From positions 21,885 through 85,884 of the forward strand of contig JAUJPG010000022.1 in the NCBI GenBank assembly GCA_030447245.1: DNA of 64,000 nucleotides. The letters run 5' to 3'. This document shows, in pieces, positions 8,451 through 20,922 of this stretch. Position 1 is the first letter of the stretch; every line of letters begins with the position of its first letter. Origin of the DNA: Chloroflexota bacterium (GTDB lineage Bacteria; Chloroflexota; UBA6077; JACCZL01). The translations under genes were made by a program, and so were the position numbers. The notes under the pieces are model-generated. The model had not been told where the DNA came from, made no database searches, and saw nothing but the letters and a program-made list of their open reading frames with translations.

Positions 8451-10282
8451 CGCGGGGCCGACCGACCGGCACATACTGGAGCTGGTGGCTGGAGAGGAGC
8501 GGCGAGGTGGAAGGAACCGCTAGGCGACATGCCGAGCGCTGCCTCGCGCTGGCGGAGGCTGCCGCGCCGAAGCTTCGAGGGCCCGAGCAGGCAGTCTGGC
8601 TGGCTCGGCTCGAGCAGGAGCACGACGAGCTGCAGACGGCGCTGGCCTGGAGCCTGGACCAGGCGAACGGCGCGGCAACTGTCGAGATTGGGCTGCGTCT
8701 GGCCGGAGCATTGCCATGGTTCTGGTTCGTCCACAGCCACCTTGCCCTGGGGCGACGCTGGCTCGAGCAGGCGCTCGAGAGGTCCAGCGCGACAGCGCCC
8801 TCCGGCCGAATGAAGGCAGTCCTCGGGCTCGGCCGGCTGACGCTCGAGCTGGGCGACCTTGGATCGGCGGAGGCTCGCTTCGAAGAAGGCATGACCCTGG
8901 CCCGCGAGCTGGGTGACCGACGACGGATGGCCGCCGCAGTCGACGGCCTGGGACTGGTGGCCCACGCCCGGGCCGACCACAAGCGGGCCCTGAGACTGCT
9001 GCGGGAGAGCCTGACGCTCTCCCGAGGCCTCGGCGACGAGCGCGGCGTCGCCGACGCGATCGGCAATCTAGGGCTCGTGGCGCGAGATCAGGACCAGACC
9101 GAACACATGGTCGCGCTGTACGAGGCGAATCTGGCACGCTACCGCGGTCTGGGGGACGCGCGCGGAGTTGCGTGGTCGCTCCATTGTCTGGGATTCGCGG
9201 CGCGGCAGCGATACGACGACGAGCGGTCGACAGCGCTGTTCGACGAGAGCATGGCGATATTCGAGGCGCTCGGCGATCGGCGCAGCGTCGCCTGGACGCT
9301 CCACAATCTGGCGCTCATCGCGCAGGCGCGGGCCGACTATGGACGGGCCGTCCCGCTCCACGAGGACAACCTGGCCCGCTTCCGAGCCTTCGGGGACACC
9401 CGGGGCGTTGCCGGAACGCTGCTGCACCTGGGGATCGTCGCCCGCCAGCAGGACGACTACGGACGGGCGATAGCGTTCTTCGAGCAGGCGCTGAGCCTGT
9501 TCCGACAGATCGACGACCGGCCGGGCATCGCCTGGTCGCTCCAGAACCTCGGCATCACGGCGCGCTACCAGGGCCGCCACGACCGGGCGGCGAGCCTGTA
9601 CGACGAGAGCCTTGCCCGGTTCCGAGCCCTGAAAGATCGCCGGAGCATCGCCTGGTCGCTCCGCGATCAGGGGATCCTGGTGCGCTACCGAGGAGACTAC
9701 GCGCAAGCCACACCGCTCTACGAAGAAAGTCTGGCCCTGTTTCGCGAGATCGACGAGCGGCGCGGGACGGCCTCGTCACTCCGCAACCTGGGGACCGTGG
9801 CGCGCGAGCAGGGCGACCACGAGCGAGCAGCTGCGCTGTACGAGGAGAGCCTGGCTCTGTTCCGCGAGATCGGCAACACCCGCGGAATCGCCTGGTCCCT
9901 CCGCAGCCTGGGGACCGCCGCGCAGGCGCGCGGCGACCATGGGCGGGCGGCAGCGCTGTACAGGGAGAGTCTGATCCTGTTCCGCGAGTTGGGCGACAAG
10001 AGGAGCATTGCCTGGTGCTTCCACAATCTGGGGACCGTGGTGCGCGAGCAGGGCGATGCCCGGCGGTCCGCCCACCTGCTCGGGGCGGCCGAGGCCCTGC
10101 GCCACGCCATCGGCGCCCCCTTGCCGCCCGGCGGACCGGGCCTCTTACGAACAGGGCCTGGCCGCCAGTCGCATCCCGCTCGACGGGGAGGCCCTCGCGG
10201 CGAGCTACGCAGTGGGACGGACGATCAGCCTGGAGCAGGCGATCGCCTACGCGCTGGACGAGCGGAAGTCGGTCTGAAGTGA
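8360..10282 (+). pseudogene. TPR-repeat domain of a large cyclase/NB-ARC/TPR regulator; NB-ARC domain missing, 3' frameshift near 10130
   Basis: More than 12 TPR-like repeats (...LGD.RGVAWSLHNLG...). The real C-terminus (...GAPLPPADRASYEQGLAASRIPLDGEALAASYAVGRTISLEQAIAYALDERKSV*) is in another frame (10008..10277) after one extra G at about 10130. The upstream cyclase fragment joins directly to the TPR region without the expected P-loop ATPase. Confidence 0.55.
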
Positions 10283-10416
10283 ACCGACGGCACGGTACCG
10301 CGGTATCTCCCGCCCGGCGGGGTTCGCGCGGCTTGCCGCACGCCTGTCCCGAACGGGGAGGGCCGCCAGCCGTGCGCATCGGGGATGTGGTATAGCCTGG
10401 CAAGGAGGTGTCCGGG

Positions 10417-11052
10417 ATGCAGGCGGATGAGTTGAAGGGGCGCGGTGTGCTGGCGCTATCCAACGCCGAGAAGATCGGGCAGGTGGAGGACGTGCTGTTC
10501 GACGCGCAGTTCCGCCAGGTGCTGGGGTTCCGTGTGAAGCGGGGCGGCCTGTTCGGCAAGGCGCAGGCGCTCCTGCGCGACAGCGTGACCTCCATCGGTA
10601 CCGCCGCCTTGACGGTGCAGAGCCCGGATGCGGTCAACGACGAGGAGCGCTTCGCCGATCTGGCCCACGTGTCCACGTTGAGCCAGGTGGAGCGGACCCA
10701 GGTGGTCACCGAGAGCGGCGAGGTGCTGGGGACGATCGCGCACCTGGAGATCGACGACGACGCGCGCAAGGTCACGGCGTATGTGCTGTCGTCCTCGTTC
10801 AGGGACCGGGTGCTGGGCCATGACACCGAGTCGGTCAAGGCTGACGAGGTGCTCCGCCTGGGCGAGGGCGGGGTCATGGTGGTGCCGCACGCGGTCGCGG
10901 TGCGGCTCAAGCCGAGCGCGGATAGGCGCCGCGTCCGGGCACCCGCGGGTCCGGGACGGCGCCGCGATGGGCCTGACCCGGTGGCCGAGGACGCAGGGCT
11001 CGTCGACGTGGACGCTCGCGGAGAGCTCCCCGGACCGGGGCGCGGGTGGTGA
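10417..11052 (+). CDS. PRC-barrel domain protein (two PRC barrels)
   Basis: Two repeats of a PRC-barrel-like pattern (LKGRGVLALSNAEKIGQVEDVLFD... and VVTESGEVLGTIAHLEIDDDARKVTAYVL); the C-terminal tail is uncertain. Confidence 0.6.
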   Translation: MQADELKGRGVLALSNAEKIGQVEDVLFDAQFRQVLGFRVKRGGLFGKAQALLRDSVTSIGTAALTVQSPDAVNDEERFADLAHVSTLSQVERTQVVTESGEVLGTIAHLEIDDDARKVTAYVLSSSFRDRVLGHDTESVKADEVLRLGEGGVMVVPHAVAVRLKPSADRRRVRAPAGPGRRRDGPDPVAEDAGLVDVDARGELPGPGRGW

Positions 11053-11055
11053 TGA

Positions 11056-11221
11056 GAGATCGAGCTGGCGGTCGTCATCGGGCAGGAGGCCAGGGAGTCA
11101 CCCGCGAGCGGGCGGTGGCGCCCGTGGCCGGGTACACGATCTTCCACGACGTGAGCGCGCGGGATCTCGAGTTCGCGCCTGGCGGCGGGGTCATCGTGGG
11201 CAAGAACTTCGAGCAATTCTG
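11056..11221 (+). pseudogene. internal fragment of a fumarylacetoacetate-hydrolase (FAH) family gene, frameshifted
   Basis: EIELAVVIGQEAR then, after a frame switch, VTRERAVAPVAGYTIFHDVSARDLEFAPGGGVIVGKNFE; this is about 80% similar to residues of the intact FAH gene at 24296..25192 and abuts IS630 copy 1. Confidence 0.5.
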
Positions 11222-11275
11222 GTACTGCTCCGTTATAGTGCCCGGGCAGGCTGTGGAAATTCATTGAGCACCCTA

Positions 11276-12720
<1,445 letters not shown>

Positions 12721-12892
12721 TAGTCGCCACTGATCGAGCAGGCGAATGGACCACCAGCACCCCCCCCAGCCGCACGCTCAGACGCGGGTGGGCGGACCTA
12801 ACGGAGCAGTACTAGACGGTCGCCGCCTGAGCAGACACTCCACCGACACGGGCCACGTCCACACGTTCTCAGGCCGCGAGGATGACTCGAAT

Positions 12893-14067
12893 GCTACCGC
12901 CCATTGCCGCTGCCCAGGTCCTGACGCTCGTCGCGCTCCTACTCCTCGGCGACCGCCCGCGCGCCATCGACGCGCGAGCACCGGCCGAGCGTGACCCGGC
13001 CGAGCGCGGGCTCGCCGGTCCCGGATGACCCCGAATACCTTTCCTGGGCACAGCCCGGCCCCTTTCGGGCGCCGTTCCTGACCGACTTTCCCGTCCAGAG
13101 CTTCGCCGCCGATCAGCGCATCGTCGCCACGTACTTCTTCTACTGGTACGACGCGGCGACCTATCGGGCCAGCCAGGCCACCCGCGGCTTCGACCCGTAC
13201 CCGTTCCACCCGCCGAACCTCGCCACGATCAGCTTCCGCGACACCGATTGGTACGAGCATGAGTTCCGCGACATGCTCGCGGCCGGGTTGACGTGGTGCT
13301 GCCGGACTACTGGGGCGAGCCCGGGCCAGTACCATCGGCGGGTGGCCCCCGCCCCCGAGCTGAACTACTTTGCCACCGAGGGCATCCCTCCGATGGTCGA
13401 GGCGCTCGAACGGCTCGCCGACGCCGGTACGCCGCTCAAGATCGGCCTGTTCCTCGATACGACGATCCTGAACGACGAGGATCTGACGACCGAGCGCGGC
13501 AAGCAGATCTTTTACGCCTCGATCCGCGACTACTATTCGCGGATCCCTCCGCGCCACTGGGCGGCCATTGGCGGCGGCCGATCGTCTGGCTGTACGACGC
13601 GCAGCGGGTCTACCGCTTCGACCAGTCGACGTTCGACGCGGTGACCGCCTGGTTTCCGCGGGACTTCGGTGGCCTGGCACCGTTCATCATCCGCGAGGCG
13701 CAATGGGCGCGCCAAGAACGTCGACCACGACGAGCTGATCCACGCTGATGGCCTCTACGCCTGGGGCGCGGCACCCTTCGGGTTCGCCGAGGACCCGCGC
13801 GTCACCATCGCCCAGGTTGGCCCGGGGTTCTCGAGCGTCCAATTCGGCCGGCCGAACGGCATCTTCACAGACCGGCAGGATGGCCGCTACTACGAGGATC
13901 AGCTGCGCAAGGCGCTGGCGAGCGGCCGCCAGATCATGGCCGTCGAGACCTGGAACGAGCTGGGCGAGGCCAGCGGCATCCTCGAAACGGTCGAGTACGG
14001 CCGCCAGTACATCGACCTGACCCGGCGCTACGCCGAGCGCTTCAAGGCTGGCCTTGGGCCTCCGTGA
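12893..14067 (+). pseudogene. secreted glycoside-hydrolase-like protein (GH99-like/DUF5010-like, tentative) with at least three frameshifts
   Basis: Signal peptide MLPPIAAAQVLTLVALLLLG (frame 2), then ...YFFYWYDAATYRASQ...DWYEHEFRDMLAAGL (frame 1), ...VVLPDYWGEPG... (frame 0), ...FIIREAQWA...ETWNELGEASGILETVEYGRQYIDLTRRYAERFKAG (frame 1). The family call is tentative. Confidence 0.45.
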
Positions 14068-14087
14068 GCTGTCCGGCGCCTCGAGTG

Positions 14088-15968
14088 TCAGGCGCCACTC
14101 ACCTCGATGCTGTTCCAGCCGGACGCGCCGTTCGGCTGGGCCAGGCTGAACATCTCGGTCTGGAGCGTCCCCTGCCCGTCGGTCGCTCGCGCCACGAGCT
14201 TGACGGTGGCGCCGGTCGGTAGGTCGAAGCTGCCTTCCCAGCGCACCCAGGCATCCACGCCGGGCTGCGGCTCCAGAAACGTCGCCGGTGTCCAGCTCGC
14301 GCCGCCATCGGCACTGAACTCGACCCGCGAGATGCCGCGGTTAGACGCGTAGGCAATCCCAGCGATCTGCTGTGGCCCGGCCGGCAGGGTCGCGGCTGGG
14401 GCCGGCACGTCGATCCGGGTCATCGTCTTGACGATCCCGTCGCGGCTCCAGTTACGCTGCCCGTACCAGTCCACTACCGGGCGGACGGATGGACGGATCA
14501 CTCGGATCCACTTCGGGCTCTTGTAGCCGTACCGGCCCGGCACCAGGACGCGCGCCGGGTAGCCGTGCTCGTAGGGGAGCACGGTCCCGTTCATCTCGTA
14601 GGCGACGATCGTGTTCGGGTCGAGCGCGGCCTCAGGCGGGACCGCGCTGACGAACTCGTCCTCGCCGATCATCGCGACCGCGACGACGCCGGGCTTCAAG
14701 CCGCGGGCCAGCTCGAGCAGGTCTACCAGGCGGACTCCCTTCCAGCTGGCCGTGCCGATCAGCTCGCAGCCAAAGGGCACCAGCTCGCACCTGTCAGTCA
14801 AGTTGCTGACGCATTCGAGCGTCTTGGCGATCTCGACGGTCGGCAACTGACGCAAGGTCGCGTAGTCGAGCTGGACCGGGTTGTTCACCTCGCCGTCCAG
14901 CGCCAGGCTCCACTCCTCGGGCTTGATGACCGGATCGGCGATCGGGTTCTTGGTGACGTGGTAATGGTTCTCGGTCGGAGTGATCAACGACGAGAGGGTG
15001 CCGGGCTGGCGGGCGCCGGCGGTCAGCGAGCCGTCCTGGTCCCGCGAGAGCTGCTTGGCGAGGGTTTGCGGCGTGGGGAGATTGGGCTCTGGTGTCGGCG
15101 AGGAGGCGGGCGCCACGGCCGGCGCGGCAGTGGCCGGCTCGGACGTTGGCGTCGCAGCTGCCGCGGGAGCGGCGACCACGGCGGAGGCCGCGGTCGGGGC
15201 GGGACCAACGGCCCCGGTGGCCGCGGGTGATGGCTCGGCGAGTGGGCGCGGGGTGAGCTGGACGCGGGCGAGCGATCCGCTTGCCGCGCCACTACGCTGG
15301 CCGAGCCAGAGTGTGGCGGCGAACGCGGCGGCTGCCGACCCGAGTGAGACGAGGGCCGCGCGACGTGAGGCCGAGCCAGCCGCTGCCGGGCCCGTCGATC
15401 TCGCGACCGCCGAGGCTGCTGGCTGGCTCGTGGCTCTGGTCAGGGTCGAGCGCGCCGCGAGCCATTGGCCGAGTACGAGCAGCCCAGCGTAGCTCAGCGC
15501 GACACCAGCGTAGCCGGCGTTGACGAGCCGCCAGTCCTGGAGCAGGTCCACGGCGAACGGTCCCGCACCGGTCAACGGCATGATCCCGCCCAGCGCCACC
15601 AGGTAGAGGATCGGCGCGACCGCCAGCAGCGCCCAGGGCGAACGAACGTACCGAACCAGCGCGGCGCCGAGACCGAGCAGGATGATCGTCATCCCGGCCA
15701 CGGCGACGTAGAGCGCGTACACCTTGGCGTCGGCGCCGAACCGCGAGAGACCCTGCTCGACTGTGTCCGGCGAGATGAAGATCAGCACCCACTCCATCAC
15801 CCGCTCGGGTAGGGTTCGGATCTGATAGGCGGACCGCAGCCAGAACATCGCGGCCAGTGCGCCTGCCGTTGCCAACGCGGCAATCGCCGTGCATGCTGGC
15901 CAGCGCGGGCGCTCGCTCGTCGGCGGTCGTTCGTTTCTCGGCTGTCTCATGATCAGGGCTCTCACCAT
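14088..15968 (-). CDS. sulfite-oxidase-family molybdopterin oxidoreductase with N-terminal polytopic membrane domain
   Basis: About 250-aa N-terminal hydrophobic domain, an Ala/Pro-rich linker, then a Mo-domain with the conserved Cys context (LECVSNL), WKGVRLVDLL, and a dimerisation-domain-like C-terminus; paralog of 51355..53064. Confidence 0.75.
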   Translation of the reverse strand: MVRALIMRQPRNERPPTSERPRWPACTAIAALATAGALAAMFWLRSAYQIRTLPERVMEWVLIFISPDTVEQGLSRFGADAKVYALYVAVAGMTIILLGLGAALVRYVRSPWALLAVAPILYLVALGGIMPLTGAGPFAVDLLQDWRLVNAGYAGVALSYAGLLVLGQWLAARSTLTRATSQPAASAVARSTGPAAAGSASRRAALVSLGSAAAAFAATLWLGQRSGAASGSLARVQLTPRPLAEPSPAATGAVGPAPTAASAVVAAPAAAATPTSEPATAAPAVAPASSPTPEPNLPTPQTLAKQLSRDQDGSLTAGARQPGTLSSLITPTENHYHVTKNPIADPVIKPEEWSLALDGEVNNPVQLDYATLRQLPTVEIAKTLECVSNLTDRCELVPFGCELIGTASWKGVRLVDLLELARGLKPGVVAVAMIGEDEFVSAVPPEAALDPNTIVAYEMNGTVLPYEHGYPARVLVPGRYGYKSPKWIRVIRPSVRPVVDWYGQRNWSRDGIVKTMTRIDVPAPAATLPAGPQQIAGIAYASNRGISRVEFSADGGASWTPATFLEPQPGVDAWVRWEGSFDLPTGATVKLVARATDGQGTLQTEMFSLAQPNGASGWNSIEVSGA

Positions 15969-16187
15969 CGCGCGTTCACCACCAGGTGCCAAGACTGTAC
16001 CGCCGCCAGGCTGCGTGGCAAGGACAATTCTTACGATTGCCTGACGACGTATCCAGCGGCCCACCAGCAGTGCGAGCGCCGTTACGACCGATCGTGCGAG
16101 CCCGCCTGGCGCGGATCACGTCGAGCCGGCGCCAGCCGCTCGAAGAACATCGTGACACCCCGTTCTTCGATCCAGTCAGGTGCCCGA

Positions 16188-19100
16188 TCACTCCGCGCGC
16201 TCGGGTGACCCGGTCGGCAGCCGAGCGGCGGCCGCGCCGGCCGGCTCGACCGTCACCTCAAAGCTCGCAGCTCGAACGGTCAGGCGCACGCTGCCGTCGC
16301 TGAAGCTCCAGCGCTCGTCTGCTCGCCCGTCGACCACGACGCGCGCCGGTGGCGCGTCAGCCGGCAGGACGACCTGGTAGCCGCGCTCAACCGGCGCGTC
16401 GGCAACAGTCAGCGTGATCTCGCCGCCCTGGACCCGCGTGCCGAACGTCGTCCCGTCGTACAGCCGCTGGCGAGCGGCCGGCAGGGTCTCCGCTTCGCCA
16501 GGCGGGGCGACGACCTGCACGATCAGGTCGCCGTTCCAGACGGTGCCTCGGCCGTCCGCTGTCGGGACAAGCGTGTCGAAGTCGGGCGCGAGTGGCAGGA
16601 TCGCGCCGGCCCTGGCAAACAGCGGAATCCGGTCGAGCGGTGCATCGGCGGTAACGACCTGCCCACCCTGCAAGGCCCGGCCGGTCCACCAATCGACCCA
16701 GGTGCCGGCCGGCAGGTAGACGGTTCGAAGCCGGGCCCCCTCCTCGAGCACTGGGGCGACGAGCAGATCGTCGCCCAGGGCGTAGGCATCCTCGACCGCC
16801 CACGCGCGAGGGTCGTTTGGGGCGATCAGTGCGAGGTGCCGCACGATCGGCAGCCCGGTCTCCGAGGCGACCTTCGCCTGGGTGTAGAGGTAGGGTACCA
16901 GGCTGTTGTGGAGGCGGGCGTAGCGGCGGAACTCGGCCACCGTCTCCTGGTCCGACCAGACCTCGACCGGATCGCCCTGGTGGTCGCCGTAGTTGTCGCG
17001 CAGCACGGGGCTGAGCGCGCCGAGCTGGAGCCAGCGCCGCCAGAGCTCGCGCTCCGACGCTCGGGGCAGACCGACGCCGGCGTAGCCGCCGACCTCCGGG
17101 TGCCAGTAGGGAAAGCCGCTCAGGCCGAGCGAGAGCGCTGCCGGCAGCAGCCCGCGAATTCCCTCCTGGTTCCAGCTAATCGTCTGGTCACCGGACCACT
17201 GGAGGCTCTGGTACGCCCGCGCGCCGAGGCTGGCCGAGCGGGCAAACAGGACCACGTCGTCGCCGCGAACGGCGCGCGCCGCCTCGAACGATGCTTTGGC
17301 GTAGAGCGTCAGATAGCGATTGTGCGTCTCGATGCCGCTAGTCCCGTCGGCGTAGCGCGCGTCTTCCGGCACCAGCTCGCCCAGGTCAAGCATCGCGCCG
17401 TCAAGGCCGAGCACGTCGAGGATCCGGCGCCAGAGCCCGCCCCACCAGTCCACGGCGGCCGGATTGGTGAAGTCGACCCAGCCGACTTTGTGGTGGGGAT
17501 GAAGGTAGGCATGGCCGCCAGCGTCCTGGACGAGCAACTCTGGCGGGACTCTGGCGGCTGGGGGCACATCGGGGTTCTTGTAACCGAGCACCTTGAAGCC
17601 GAGGGCGTGGACGCGGTCCGTCAACTGGCGCGGGCTCCGGTACGGGCCAGTGGTCCGGTTGCCGAAGCTGACCCACGGCCAGCCGAGCAGTGACTGCTCG
17701 TCGGTCAGGTCGTAGACGAACAGCGCCGAGACCGGCAGCGCTTCGGCCCGGATCCGCTCGGCGTCGCGCAGGACACGCGCCGAGCCACCCACGGCCGTCT
17801 TCCAGACGCCGAACGCCCAGATCGGCGGCAGCGGAGGCCCGTCGACGCCGTCAAAGCGGACCCGGTCCTGGAGGATGTCGCGAGGACTCGGGCCGGCGAT
17901 GACCAGCAGGCTGGCCGCCGGCTGCTCGACCTGCCAGGCGACCCGGTCCGCCCGCTCGGCGGCGACGTCGAACGTGCCGCGCGCGTCACTCTCGACGAGC
18001 AGGCCATACCCGCGGCTCGAGACGTACCAGGGGATCGGCGCGTAGGTGGCCGCGCCGAACCCGACGTAGCGCCGGTCCTCCGCCCAGGTCCGAACGACCC
18101 GGCCGCGCTGGTCGACCGCGTCGAACCGCTCGCCGAAACCGAGGAAGCGCTCACCGGTCTCAGCCACGACGGCCCCGCCGACGCGGGCCACCGATGGCGG
18201 ATCGTCCGGCGTGACGCGGAGCCGCACCGCGCGCGGCCCGAGAGCGGCCAGCTCGACCAGGACGGTCCGCCCGGCCGGGTCATCGGTCGCGGCGACCAGC
18301 CGGAGAGCGCCGTCGGTCGGGCTGGCGTCGATCAGCCGGGTGAGTCGCCAACGACCGCCGCTCCGGTCGACGTAGCCGAACGAGCCGAACACGCCATCGA
18401 CGGCGGGGGCCTCCTGCCAGAGCACCCGCCCTCGGGCGTCGAGCAGCGTAAGCCGCCACGGATCGCGCTCGACCCGCGCGGTCAGCTCACCGAGCGGCGC
18501 GACGACGGCGCCGGCCTCGGGCGCGGCTGGGTCCGCTTGAGAGGCGTCAGCCAGGCCGTCGCGTGTGACATCGGCATCGTCCGCGGCGCCGGCGTTGGGC
18601 CCGAGCCCGGGGCTGGTCGCCGAGTGCTCGGTCGCCACGCTCGTTTTCAGCGACTGCGCGACTGGTACCGGACCGGCCGTCGTCGCCGGCTCCGGGGCTG
18701 GCGTGTGCTCCGGGGCTGGCGGCGGGTCGAGAGGCGCGTCGGCCTCCCAGCCGACGACCTCGTGGGCAGTCAGCCTCGCCACGTCCAGTCGGATCGTTTC
18801 ACCCGGGCGCCAGCGCTCCGGCGGGTACCACCAGAGGACCGGCAGGTTGTCGAACGTCTGCCGGGTGCCGTCACGGAAGCGGACCTCGATCGACGGTCGA
18901 GGCCGTTCCGGCACGGCCCGGCGAACGCGCCAAAGCGTTTCTAGCGTCGCGAGCGGACCGCGCGGACCGATCTCGCTGCTCGGGACGAGCCGGGCCGAGA
19001 GCATCTCGATGGCGCCGTCGTGGAAGCTCGCGGCCGGTGGCCCGACCGGGGCTGGCCCGTTCGAGACCGGCCCGGACCGCGCAAAGTCGTAGAAGCGGTC

Positions 19101-20738
19101 GGGCAACGGTTGTTCGGCGGCCAGGCCGCGCTTGAGCAGGACCAGGCCATCCTCGGCCGCCTGCAGGCGGTACTCCCCGCGGGTCAACAGCTCCTGGAGT
19201 CGCTTGTGCATGCTGCCAGGACCGGCCGGGTAGGGGCTGCCCCCGACGTCGACAAGGACGTACTCGGCATCATGTACGGTTGGGAACAAGTAGGCGCCGG
19301 CCCGCTGGCTCAGGTGTGGGTAGAGCGCCGTGGATGCCGAGACCGAGGCGTGCTGCGGGATGCTCGCCGCGAGCTGACGCCCGAGCTCGTCGTGAGGGGA
19401 GACCGTCGGGGTTGGCAGGCCGGCGACCAGCGGTCCGATCCCCGCCTGGCGGTAGGCGATGGCTCCGCCGAGGACGGCGGCGACCGACAGCACGGCGACG
19501 ACCCGCGAGAACGGCCAGTCGCCCCAGCGGCCGCCGAGTGTTGCGAGCCGGCCGGCGCCAACGATCGCGGCGGCGATCACGAGCGGCAGCACCGTCGCCG
19601 AGTAGTGGGCGCGCCCGGCCGCCATCCACGGCGAGCTAGAGAAGACGTTCAGCGCGAGGATCGGCGCCACCGCCAACAGCAGCTCGGGGGCGAGCAGGCC
19701 GAGCCAGCCTCCGCAGAGCAGCAGGGTGGCGAGATACCCCAGCACCTCCGGCCGGCCAAGCGTGGTCAGGTAGACCGCTGGATCCTCGACCAGGGTCCGG
19801 AGCGCCGCGCCAGGGCTGCCGCCGATCGGGGCGTAGCGCGCCGTGAACGGCGAGATCGCGCCGCCCGAGTAGTGTGGAATGATGACCGCGACGCAGAGGA
19901 TCGACCAGCCGGCGCCAAGGACGACCGCCGCCGTCGCGGCCCACCGCATCGCGCGCACGCCCCCCGGGGAGCCGAGCGTTGCCGGGGCGTGGACAACCGG
20001 GGCGAGCCAGGCGAGCGAGCGGGCCACGGCTGCCGGGACCGGCGCCAACCCGAGCAGCGCGACAAGGCCGAGCCCGGCGACGATCAGCCCGACCTCCTCC
20101 TTCGTCGCGGCGGCGAGCAGACCCGCTACGAGAAAGAGGCGCGGCTGTCCGGCGTCGAGCGCGTCGACGGCCAGCAGGAGCAGCGGGGCGGCCAGCGCGA
20201 CGCTGTGGAAGTCGGCCGTCGCGGCCCACTGTCCCGGTGGCGCCAGCAGGTACAGGCCGGCAAAGGCGAGGCCGGCCTGAGGGTGGCCGAGACGGCGCCG
20301 GGCCAGGCGGTAGGCGGGGATGGCGCCGAGGGCGATCGCGATCGCCTGGAGCCAGAGGATCGCCCGGACGTCGGGCACGACGAGGTAGAGCGGCGCGAGC
20401 AAGACCAGGATCGGCTCGACGTGGAACGCCAGCAGGGAGTCTGGCCGCCGGATCGCCGCCAGATCGATGTCGGTCTCGAACTCGGCGTGCTGGTAGGTGG
20501 TGAAGCGGAACGCCTGGCCGCGCAAGAAGTTCCAGATGACCTGGTCGGTAAAGCCGAGGTCTTCCGCGTTCGTTTCGAGCGCCTGGTGCCGCTCGACCGC
20601 GCGCCAGCCCAATCCCAGCCCGGCGACGAGTGTCAGCGCCGCCAGCGCGGCGAGGACGGCCAGCCGTCGCCGGTCAGCGATGGCGCCGATGCGCAGGCCG
20701 ACCGGGAGCCTGGCGACAGCGGCGCTCGTCAGTGCCAC
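16188..20738 (-). CDS. fusion protein: DUF2079-like polytopic membrane domain plus glycoside hydrolase family 31 domain (1516 aa)
   Basis: N-terminal about 650 aa with many hydrophobic segments and DUF2079-like blocks (FHVEPILVLLAPLY, ATKEEVGL). A Pro/Ala linker (PAPEHTPAPEPATTAGP) precedes a C-terminal GH31 signature (SLQWSGDQTISWN, GFKVLGYKNP, RYARLHNSLVPYLY). Confidence 0.75.
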   Translation of the reverse strand: MALTSAAVARLPVGLRIGAIADRRRLAVLAALAALTLVAGLGLGWRAVERHQALETNAEDLGFTDQVIWNFLRGQAFRFTTYQHAEFETDIDLAAIRRPDSLLAFHVEPILVLLAPLYLVVPDVRAILWLQAIAIALGAIPAYRLARRRLGHPQAGLAFAGLYLLAPPGQWAATADFHSVALAAPLLLLAVDALDAGQPRLFLVAGLLAAATKEEVGLIVAGLGLVALLGLAPVPAAVARSLAWLAPVVHAPATLGSPGGVRAMRWAATAAVVLGAGWSILCVAVIIPHYSGGAISPFTARYAPIGGSPGAALRTLVEDPAVYLTTLGRPEVLGYLATLLLCGGWLGLLAPELLLAVAPILALNVFSSSPWMAAGRAHYSATVLPLVIAAAIVGAGRLATLGGRWGDWPFSRVVAVLSVAAVLGGAIAYRQAGIGPLVAGLPTPTVSPHDELGRQLAASIPQHASVSASTALYPHLSQRAGAYLFPTVHDAEYVLVDVGGSPYPAGPGSMHKRLQELLTRGEYRLQAAEDGLVLLKRGLAAEQPLPDRFYDFARSGPVSNGPAPVGPPAASFHDGAIEMLSARLVPSSEIGPRGPLATLETLWRVRRAVPERPRPSIEVRFRDGTRQTFDNLPVLWWYPPERWRPGETIRLDVARLTAHEVVGWEADAPLDPPPAPEHTPAPEPATTAGPVPVAQSLKTSVATEHSATSPGLGPNAGAADDADVTRDGLADASQADPAAPEAGAVVAPLGELTARVERDPWRLTLLDARGRVLWQEAPAVDGVFGSFGYVDRSGGRWRLTRLIDASPTDGALRLVAATDDPAGRTVLVELAALGPRAVRLRVTPDDPPSVARVGGAVVAETGERFLGFGERFDAVDQRGRVVRTWAEDRRYVGFGAATYAPIPWYVSSRGYGLLVESDARGTFDVAAERADRVAWQVEQPAASLLVIAGPSPRDILQDRVRFDGVDGPPLPPIWAFGVWKTAVGGSARVLRDAERIRAEALPVSALFVYDLTDEQSLLGWPWVSFGNRTTGPYRSPRQLTDRVHALGFKVLGYKNPDVPPAARVPPELLVQDAGGHAYLHPHHKVGWVDFTNPAAVDWWGGLWRRILDVLGLDGAMLDLGELVPEDARYADGTSGIETHNRYLTLYAKASFEAARAVRGDDVVLFARSASLGARAYQSLQWSGDQTISWNQEGIRGLLPAALSLGLSGFPYWHPEVGGYAGVGLPRASERELWRRWLQLGALSPVLRDNYGDHQGDPVEVWSDQETVAEFRRYARLHNSLVPYLYTQAKVASETGLPIVRHLALIAPNDPRAWAVEDAYALGDDLLVAPVLEEGARLRTVYLPAGTWVDWWTGRALQGGQVVTADAPLDRIPLFARAGAILPLAPDFDTLVPTADGRGTVWNGDLIVQVVAPPGEAETLPAARQRLYDGTTFGTRVQGGEITLTVADAPVERGYQVVLPADAPPARVVVDGRADERWSFSDGSVRLTVRAASFEVTVEPAGAAAARLPTGSPERAE

Positions 20739-20922
20739 CGAGCGAGCCTCAAGCCGCGTTGGACGTTCATGACTGTAAGGGTATGCGGGGCGACTCGCTT
20801 CGCGCGACGGGGATCCTCGCCCCGTCAGGCGGCCAGGGCCCGATCGGGCGATCAGCCGCGTCGATGACGGCCGCCCGATCGGGCCGGCGTCGCCGCCGAG
20901 TCTACGTCACGTCGGACCACGT

